From positions 848,529 to 912,528 of the forward strand of contig JAWKUN010000003.1 of NCBI GenBank assembly GCA_041398565.1: a stretch of DNA of 64,000 nt, given 5' to 3'. The translations under genes and the position numbers were made by a program. Position 1 is the stretch's first letter. Every line of letters begins with the position of its first letter. The DNA is from Planctomycetota bacterium. GTDB lineage: Bacteria > Planctomycetota > UBA1135 > UBA2386. The notes below the pieces were generated by a model that worked only from the letters and a program-made list of their open reading frames with translations, ran no database searches and was not told the origin of the DNA. Below are positions 39,693 to 46,502 of the stretch, piece after piece.

Positions 39693-40325
39693 ATGGATGC
39701 CGACGCCACTTTCGATCTGTTGAGCCGCTGGCGCGCGGGCGACCGCGACGCCTTGGGCGCGCTGCTGAATCGCGACCTCGAGTGGATTCGTGCCTTCGTG
39801 CACCGGCGCCTCGGCAACGCGCCGGCGCGCAAGTTCGGCGACACCGACGACTTCGTGCAGGAGGCGGCGGTGCGCGTGCTGCGCGAGGGACCGCGCTTCC
39901 TGCTCGCCGACCGCGAGCAATTCCGCCTGCTGCTCGCCACCATCGTACTCAACGTCATCCGCAGCCAGCACCGCGCCTTGCAGACCCTCAAGCGCACGGT
40001 GCAGCGCGAGCAGCCGCTCGGCACGGACTCGGTGCTGATGCTGGATCCGCCGTATCGCGACGACGTGCCGCCGGACGAACGCGCCGCGCAGGCCGAGCAA
40101 GAGGAGTGGTTGCGTCTCGGCTTCCTGCTCCTCGATCCCGACGACCAGCAGGTGATCGACCTGCACTGGCAGGGCAAGACCGACGCCGAGATCGGTGCGG
40201 TGGTCGGTGCGGTGGCCAACACCGCGCGCATGCGCCGCCAGCGCGCCACGGCCCGCCTCATGCACATCGTGCTCGAGGCCAAGGCCGGCCGCATCGAGCG
40301 CGTCCTCGGGGAGTCCGCGGCGTAG
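39693..40325 (+). CDS. ECF-type RNA polymerase sigma factor (resembles the TIGR02999/ECF43-like group)
   Basis: The N-terminus DATFDLLSRWRAGDRDALGALL is typical of this ECF group. DDFVQEAAVRVL is region 2, and QQVIDLHWQGKTDAEIGAVVGAVANTARMR is the region 4 HTH. Confidence 0.8.
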   Translation: MDADATFDLLSRWRAGDRDALGALLNRDLEWIRAFVHRRLGNAPARKFGDTDDFVQEAAVRVLREGPRFLLADREQFRLLLATIVLNVIRSQHRALQTLKRTVQREQPLGTDSVLMLDPPYRDDVPPDERAAQAEQEEWLRLGFLLLDPDDQQVIDLHWQGKTDAEIGAVVGAVANTARMRRQRATARLMHIVLEAKAGRIERVLGESAA

Positions 40326-40372
40326 ACGACGGGCGGAGCGGCGCCGGTCGCCAGCCACCGCCGGCGGATTCT

Positions 40373-40407
40373 GCGATGGGCGGCGATCTCGGTCGCCCGC
40401 CCATCGC
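40373..40407 (+). terminator. 11-bp-stem hairpin GCGATGGGCGG / CCGCCCATCGC about 45 nt after the sigma-factor stop
   Basis: Read directly from the sequence. The arms share the 9-mer GATGGGCGG/CCGCCCATC with the hairpin at 10206-10235. No U-tract. Confidence 0.35.
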
Positions 40408-40509
40408 TGGATGGCCGGCGACCTCGTCCGTCCGGTCATCGCCGAAATCCGGTGCGGTCGACCCGAGCCTCGGAGTTCTCGACTCGATTCCTGCCAACGA
40501 GACAAAACG

Positions 40510-42003
40510 ATGAACTCCAAACTCTTCCTCAGTCTGACGGTCACGGCTCTGTGCGGCGCGCTCGGCGCGCAGCAGACCAACGCGCTCCTGTTCGCCACCA
40601 AGGGCAACGAGGAGACCCGCTCCGGCAGCAACGGCACGTCGCTGCGCAACCTGCTGCCGCGCTCGATCGGGGTGGTGACGCCCAGCCAGGGCGCCAACTC
40701 CTCGGCCGAGAACTTCGGGCCCGGCCTCGCCTTCCAGACGCTGGCCGGCGACGAGAACGCCGACGGCACTGTGTTCGCCCCCAATCTCACCGGCCCGATC
40801 GACGCACTGACGGTTCTGCCGTACGAGTGGGACGTCGAGCGCGGAGCGCGCCCGCGCACCCGCCCCGTCACCCTCCTCGACTGCTACATCTCGCCGACGC
40901 ACGACGTCGGAATCGCGGTCAGCGGGGCGCCGGGCCTGCGCAAGGGCGACTGCGGCCGTTTCGTCCGCACCCCCGCCGGCAACGGTCAGGTCGCACACTT
41001 CATCACCGCCGAGCAACTCATCTCGTCGCTCGGCATGTTCGACGTGGTGACGCAGCAGCCCCTGACCCCCGCCGACATCAACCTCGACGCCATCACGGTG
41101 AGCGTCGACCGCCACATCTTCGTGTCGTTCACCGACGACCACGCCATCCGCGTGCAGCGCAACGGCGCGCTGGTCAACTTGATGCTGCAAGACGGCGCCA
41201 TCGCCTGCATCCCCGGACCCACCTGGGTGCCGAACGCGCGCGGCGAGGTCGCCAACGTCCTGCCCAACCGCGGCGTCGTCGTCCTGCCGGAGGCGCAGGT
41301 GGACGTGCTGGTGGTCAACGCCGCTCTCACCGACAACGCCGGCGCCTGCGTGCCGGCGGTCGACGACGTGGAGTCGCTGGCGATCGACCCCAACGGCGGC
41401 ACCTTCACCACGCAGTGGGGCAACCAGGCGCTCACATGGCCGCACCTGATGTTCACCGGTCCGCTGATGACCGGAGCCGGCGTCGTCACCACGGGTGGCG
41501 GCGGCCAGATCGCGCAGGTGAACGGGGGGGCGTTGGCACGCGGCTGCGGCGTCGGTCCCACCATCGGTGTGCAGATGGGGCTGGCGCCGAGCGGCAGCGT
41601 CAGCAGTCTCGGCGCCCTCGAGTCCCTGGCAAAGGAACCCTGCTGGTTCGTGCTCGGTTCGCCCACCCCCAACGGCCTCGGCGGCGCGGTCACGGTGGAC
41701 GTCGGAACCAACCTGCCGGTGGCGGTGGTGGCGCTCGGCTTCGGTCTCGGCGCTCTGCCGGTCTCGCCGTCGATGTCCTTCCTCCCCTGGTCGCCGAACA
41801 CGGAGTGCTTCCCCGAGATCTACCCGACCGTGCTGCCGAACCCGCTGCTGCCGGTGGCGATGGCGGCAGGTGCCGGCGCCGCGCGCTTCGGCTCGATCAC
41901 CTTCCCCGGCTCGCCGGTCGTCGGGACGGGCATCCTGTTCCAGGGCTTCACGGCGGTCGGCGCCAACCTGCACGCCAGCAGCCCGCTGACGCTCACCGAC
42001 TGA
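40510..42003 (+). CDS. secreted protein of unknown function with the shared C-terminal module
   Basis: The signal peptide is MNSKLFLSLTVTALCGALGAQQ. The composition is rich in G, A, V, T and N and is not shadow-like. The C-terminal tail reads ...ARFGSITFPGSPVVGTGILFQGFTAV...SSPLTLTD. Confidence 0.6.
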   Translation: MNSKLFLSLTVTALCGALGAQQTNALLFATKGNEETRSGSNGTSLRNLLPRSIGVVTPSQGANSSAENFGPGLAFQTLAGDENADGTVFAPNLTGPIDALTVLPYEWDVERGARPRTRPVTLLDCYISPTHDVGIAVSGAPGLRKGDCGRFVRTPAGNGQVAHFITAEQLISSLGMFDVVTQQPLTPADINLDAITVSVDRHIFVSFTDDHAIRVQRNGALVNLMLQDGAIACIPGPTWVPNARGEVANVLPNRGVVVLPEAQVDVLVVNAALTDNAGACVPAVDDVESLAIDPNGGTFTTQWGNQALTWPHLMFTGPLMTGAGVVTTGGGGQIAQVNGGALARGCGVGPTIGVQMGLAPSGSVSSLGALESLAKEPCWFVLGSPTPNGLGGAVTVDVGTNLPVAVVALGFGLGALPVSPSMSFLPWSPNTECFPEIYPTVLPNPLLPVAMAAGAGAARFGSITFPGSPVVGTGILFQGFTAVGANLHASSPLTLTD

Positions 42004-42040
42004 GGCGACTCCACGCCGCCTTGACACGGGCGGCGCCACC

Positions 42041-42072
42041 CCGACCGTGCGCCGTTGGCGGTGCACGGTCGG
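42041..42072 (+). terminator. strong hairpin (14-bp stem including one G-U, UUGG loop) 38 nt after the stop of 40510..42003
   Basis: CCGACCGTGCGCCG-TTGG-CGGTGCACGGTCGG, followed by TT. Confidence 0.45.
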
Positions 42073-42301
42073 TTCCCGCCGGCGGTTCGGCCCCGAGATT
42101 CGCGTGCGGTGCCGGGCCGCCTGGCATTCCTGACCTCGCCGCGGCGGGAACCGGCTGGAAACCCCAGCCCCTGGCCGACGGCGTGTTGCCGTCTCGCGCG
42201 GAGGAACGCCCCAGGCCGCGCCGAGGCATCGATCGAGACCTACGGTGGGGCGGCGCCCGGTACCATCCGCGTTCGGGACGGCTCCCTTCGCATCGACCGC
42301 C

Positions 42302-43867
42302 ATGAACTTCGCCCCACGCTCGAGACCCCTGCTCGCCCTGATCGCGCTCGCGCCGTGTCTGCCCGCACAAGGTCTGCGCTGGGCCGATACACGCGAGGCG
42401 CCCGTCGCGCACGTGCGCGAACTGGCGAACGGCGATTGGATGCTGACCTTCGACGGATGGTCCACCACGGCGCTGGTGCCGTCCGGCGGTGACGATCAGG
42501 CGGCGGCGGTGGGCGTCGACTACGGCGCGCGCACGGTGCGTGCGACCGAGAGCGAGTTCATCCGTGGCGGCGAAGGCGGCGAGGCGGTGCAGGCGGCCTG
42601 GTTCCCCTTCGCGCCCGACCCTTCGGTCGACGCCGCCTTCGCCTCGCGCAGCAACCCGCTGCTGGTCTGGTCGGGATTCCGGGCGCCGGTCGGCACCGTC
42701 CCCGATCACGACGGCGGGGCGCTGTCCTTCCGCGTGCCGTTGCAGGGCGGCGCCCGCCTCTCGGCGGCGGTCTTCCTGGCCTCCATCGGTCAGCCGGTTG
42801 CCGGCGCCGCCCACGTGAACGCGCAGGGCAACGCCACCGGCCCGGTCTTCCTGCTGCAGGCCAGCGCCGTGCGTCTCGCCGACATCTGCTGGTACAAGTT
42901 CGACCGGGGCCTCGGCAGCGACGCCATCAACTACGCCGGCGTCGAGGGCGGCGCGCGCGGCGCGGCGCGCCTCCAGAACCCCTCGCGCTCGCCGTGGACC
43001 GACGGTGCCTTCGGCGGCGCGCTTGCCGCCGGCAGCACCTGCGATACCGGCTTCCACGGCGACATCGGCGCTCGCTTCACGGTGGCGTGGTTCATGCGCC
43101 AGGGCGCCGCGCTCTCCGGCCAGTCGCCGGTGTTCGCGCTCGGCAATCTGCGCTGCTTCACGGGCGGCGTCGCCGGCCCGGGTCTGCAGTGTTCGGGGTG
43201 GGGTGGCGTGGCGTTGACGTTGCCCGACGACATCAGGAGCCAGGCCGCACGCGGCTGGGTCCACGTCGCCCTGGTGGTCGATTCCGACAACGGCCAGGCA
43301 ACGTGGTTCGTCAACGGTGCGCGGCGCCAGCGCGCGACGATCAACACGTTGGTGCGCGTGCCGCCGGTGGCCGGATCGATGCTGATCGGTTCGAGCAACG
43401 GCCAGACCTGTGCCTACGACCTCGACGAGTTCCGCATGGTCGCCGAAGCCGTGCCGGACCCGGTCATCCAGGTCTGGGCCAACGACACGCCGGCAGCCGC
43501 CCAGGCCTTCACCAGCGCGTGCGGCGCGACTCTGCGTCACTCCGGCGTGCCGTCGTTGGGCTCGACGTTCGAGTTCCGTCTCGAGGCGGCGCCGTCGTCG
43601 GCGGTCGGCTTGTTCGCGACCGGTGCGGCGCGCGTGCCCCTCGACCTCGGCACGTTCTTCTCGGGGCTCGCCGGCTGCCAGTGGCATTCCGGTACGACGG
43701 CACCGCTGTTCGTGTTCGCGGTGGGCAACGACGGCCTCGCGTCGCGGCTGCTGCAAGTGCCGAACGCTGCCGAGTTGCGCGGCGTCGAACTCTTCGTGCA
43801 GGGCTTGGTCGTGGAGCCCACGCTGACGGTGCGTGCGACCAACGCCTACGTGCTTTCGTTGCGCTGA
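42302..43867 (+). CDS. secreted LamG/concanavalin-A-like lectin-fold protein with the shared C-terminal module
   Basis: The signal peptide is MNFAPRSRPLLALIALAPCLPAQG. The LamG-like core is FTVAWFMRQ...VHVALVVDSDNGQATWFVNG...MLIGSS...YDLDEFRM. The C-terminal tail aligns with 34042..35028. Confidence 0.6.
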   Translation: MNFAPRSRPLLALIALAPCLPAQGLRWADTREAPVAHVRELANGDWMLTFDGWSTTALVPSGGDDQAAAVGVDYGARTVRATESEFIRGGEGGEAVQAAWFPFAPDPSVDAAFASRSNPLLVWSGFRAPVGTVPDHDGGALSFRVPLQGGARLSAAVFLASIGQPVAGAAHVNAQGNATGPVFLLQASAVRLADICWYKFDRGLGSDAINYAGVEGGARGAARLQNPSRSPWTDGAFGGALAAGSTCDTGFHGDIGARFTVAWFMRQGAALSGQSPVFALGNLRCFTGGVAGPGLQCSGWGGVALTLPDDIRSQAARGWVHVALVVDSDNGQATWFVNGARRQRATINTLVRVPPVAGSMLIGSSNGQTCAYDLDEFRMVAEAVPDPVIQVWANDTPAAAQAFTSACGATLRHSGVPSLGSTFEFRLEAAPSSAVGLFATGAARVPLDLGTFFSGLAGCQWHSGTTAPLFVFAVGNDGLASRLLQVPNAAELRGVELFVQGLVVEPTLTVRATNAYVLSLR

Positions 43868-43956
43868 CGTTCGACGTCAGAGCTGTTGGCGCGGATTGAT
43901 CTTCATAATTTCTTCGGCCTCATCTTCACGCACCACCCGGGCCGAAGGTGGTGGTG

Positions 43957-45018
43957 ATGCAAAGCGGGAAGCCGAGAAGTTGGTTCGTGAAGATGCTGCC
44001 GACGCTGGGCGCTCTGGCACTGGCCGGATGCGCGAGCACCGGGGCGTGGGATGGGCAGACCGCGATGGTCGGCAATTGGACGCGCCTCGCCGATCGCGGT
44101 GACGCGACCGCGCAGTTCATGCTCGGCCTGGCCTATGACATCGGCGACGGTGTCCCCCAAGACGCATCCGCCGCGGCCGGGTGGTACGGGCGGGCGGCCG
44201 CGCAAGGTCACCCGGCTGCACAGAACAACCTCGGCTTGCTCTACCGCGAGGGGCGGGGTGTGCCGCTCGAGCCCCAGCGCGCCGCGCACTGGATCGCGCA
44301 GGCGGCGGCGGCTGGATTCGTGCGCGCCCAGGTGAACCTGGCGCTGATGACCCTGCGCGGCGAGGGCGTCGCCCGCGATCCGGTCGGCGCGCGCGAGATG
44401 CTGCTGCCGGCCGCGGGCGCCGGCGATCCCAAGGCACGGCGCGCGCTCGCCCTCGTCGAAGACGTGATGGGGGCGTCGGGCGACACCCCGTTGGCTTTCG
44501 AGCTCTTCGAGCGCAAGGCACAGCAGGGCTCGCCACAGGCGCAGCTCGAGGTCGGTCTGCGCTGTCTGCAGGCGCGCGGCGTCGACCGCGACCTCGCGCG
44601 AGGGCTGGCCTGGGTGCGGCGCGCCGCAGAAGCCGGGTTCCCGGCCGCGGAATTCACGCTCGGCTGGATGCACCACCACGGCGTCGCCACGCCGCGCGAC
44701 ACGACGCGCGCGGCGATGTGGCTGCGCCGCGCCGCGGAGCACGGAATGGAGCAAGCCCAGGCGCAGCTCGGCGTGATGTACGCCCGCGGCGAGGGCCTGC
44801 CGCAGGACGATGTCGAGGCCGCCCGCTGGCTGCGGGCGGCTGCCGAGGCGGGCGTGGCTCAGGCTCGCTACAACCTGGGCCTCGTGCTGGCGCGCGGACA
44901 GGGCGTACCGCGGAACCTCGAGGACTCCGAGCGCTGGCTGCGTCTGGCCGCAGAGCAGGGCCTGCCCGCCGCGCGCGCGCGCCTGGCGATGCTGGCGCAC
45001 GCGACGCCGCGCCGCTGA
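43957..45018 (+). CDS. Sel1-repeat (TPR-like) lipoprotein
   Basis: The lipobox is LALAGC. There are at least 7 Sel1 repeats of the form A.AQ..LG..Y..G.GV..D...A..W...AA. GAAGG lies upstream of the ATG at 43957. Confidence 0.8.
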   Translation: MQSGKPRSWFVKMLPTLGALALAGCASTGAWDGQTAMVGNWTRLADRGDATAQFMLGLAYDIGDGVPQDASAAAGWYGRAAAQGHPAAQNNLGLLYREGRGVPLEPQRAAHWIAQAAAAGFVRAQVNLALMTLRGEGVARDPVGAREMLLPAAGAGDPKARRALALVEDVMGASGDTPLAFELFERKAQQGSPQAQLEVGLRCLQARGVDRDLARGLAWVRRAAEAGFPAAEFTLGWMHHHGVATPRDTTRAAMWLRRAAEHGMEQAQAQLGVMYARGEGLPQDDVEAARWLRAAAEAGVAQARYNLGLVLARGQGVPRNLEDSERWLRLAAEQGLPAARARLAMLAHATPRR

Positions 45019-45047
45019 CCGACCGCCGGGGCGGCCGCGCGTCGACC

Positions 45048-46304
45048 TCAGGCCTCGAGGCCGAGCTGTGCCGCGAGTCGCGCGTAGTCGGCGCCCGACG
45101 CCGGGATGCACGACGGCAGCAGGTGGCGTTGCGACGCGATCCAGGGGTCGGTGTGTGCCGTCGCCCGCAGGCCGCCTTCGAGGCCGAGCAGACGTCGCCA
45201 TTCCCGGGTGCGCGCCTGTCCGTAGTCCTCGAGCACGGCGGGGGTGGCGCGGTCCTGCAGGATGTCGGCCAGATGGTTACCGAGGTCCCAGGCTTCGCGC
45301 AGGCCGACGTTCATGCTCTGGATCCCGGCCGGACCGGTCATGTGGCCCGCGTCGCCGGCGAGCCAGACGCGGCCGTGGCCGAAGGAGTCGGCGAGCCTGC
45401 CCTCGAAGCGAACGAAGTCGCTCCAGCGGATGCCGTCGATGCCGCCCGAGAACCAAGGCGTGCGCGCGGCCAGGAGCTCGCGCAGGTGCTCGACGCTGAG
45501 CTCGTCGCCGTAGCCCTCGCCCGGCATCACCAGCTCGCGCGACTTCTCGCGGGTGTCCTCGTCCCGGGCCTGCACCGGGATCTGGAAGCTGAAGCGGCAG
45601 TAGCCACCCGGTAGCGGCCACACCACGTTGGCGCCGTGATCGTCGAGGATCAGCCGCATCTCGTCGCCGAGGTCGGCATCGGTGTGGAACTCGAACACGG
45701 CGAAGTCGGTGGTGTCGACCACCTGCCGGCTGGCGATGTCGAGCGTCCGACGCACGCGCGAGGCGTGACCGTCCGCACCGATGACGAAGGCGAACTCCTC
45801 GTCCCACGACTTGGTCACCACCCACTCGGTGTGCTGCACGACGTAGCCGATACTGTCCTTCGCCAAGCGGTCGAGGTGCGTTCGCACGCGCTGGCCGTCC
45901 TGCTCCAGCCCGGTGAGTTCGTGGCTCCACTTGATCTTGACCCCGGCGGCGCGCAGCTGCTTCTCGAGTTCGGCTTCGAGCGCGTCCTGTCGGATGACGG
46001 CGAGGAAGGAATGGTCTTCCGGAAGGTCGGCGATGCGCATCTCGGCCCGCCGGTCCTTGCCCTCGTACAATCCGACGCGGCGCACGCGGTGGGCGCGTTC
46101 CAGCACGCTGCCGAGCGCATCGGCTTGCTCGAGCAGGCGCAGGGCGTCGGCGTGCAGCGCCAGGGCGTAGCTGCGCGTGCCCGAACTCCAGGCGCGGTCG
46201 ATGACTTCGACGCGGACGCCGCGTCGCGCCAGAGCGAGAGCCGCGAACGAACCGACGGGCCCTGCGCCGACGACGAGAACTTCGTGCTTCTTGCGACCGA
46301 ACAT
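45048..46304 (-). CDS. FAD-dependent monooxygenase (UbiH/PHBH-like)
   Basis: VLVVGAGPVGSFAALALARRG is the GxGxxG motif, GADGHASRVR follows, and LAGDAGHMTGPAGIQSMNVG is the FAD motif. The start is at 46304. Confidence 0.8.
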   Translation of the reverse strand: MFGRKKHEVLVVGAGPVGSFAALALARRGVRVEVIDRAWSSGTRSYALALHADALRLLEQADALGSVLERAHRVRRVGLYEGKDRRAEMRIADLPEDHSFLAVIRQDALEAELEKQLRAAGVKIKWSHELTGLEQDGQRVRTHLDRLAKDSIGYVVQHTEWVVTKSWDEEFAFVIGADGHASRVRRTLDIASRQVVDTTDFAVFEFHTDADLGDEMRLILDDHGANVVWPLPGGYCRFSFQIPVQARDEDTREKSRELVMPGEGYGDELSVEHLRELLAARTPWFSGGIDGIRWSDFVRFEGRLADSFGHGRVWLAGDAGHMTGPAGIQSMNVGLREAWDLGNHLADILQDRATPAVLEDYGQARTREWRRLLGLEGGLRATAHTDPWIASQRHLLPSCIPASGADYARLAAQLGLEA

Positions 46305-46502
46305 ACCTGTGCCTCGGTCAAGGCCTCGACCACGGTCGGTGCCGCACCTTGGACACGACGACCCGTCGTCCAAGCCGTACTGCAGGAGCGCCAGGCGAAC
46401 TCCTGCGTCGAGTCGGGGTTTTCAGCGGCGCGCACGGATGGCTGCGGGGGCACGACCCTGGCCGACGAGCTGGCCGCGGCGCTTGCCGCGGTGACTGGGG
46501 TC

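Noticed and set aside
42021-42026. A perfect TTGACA between the two secreted-protein genes could be a -35 box.
   Set aside because: No A/T-containing -10-like hexamer lies 16-19 nt downstream (the sequence there is ACCGTG). The site falls just before, and partly within, the approach to the strong hairpin at 42041-42072.
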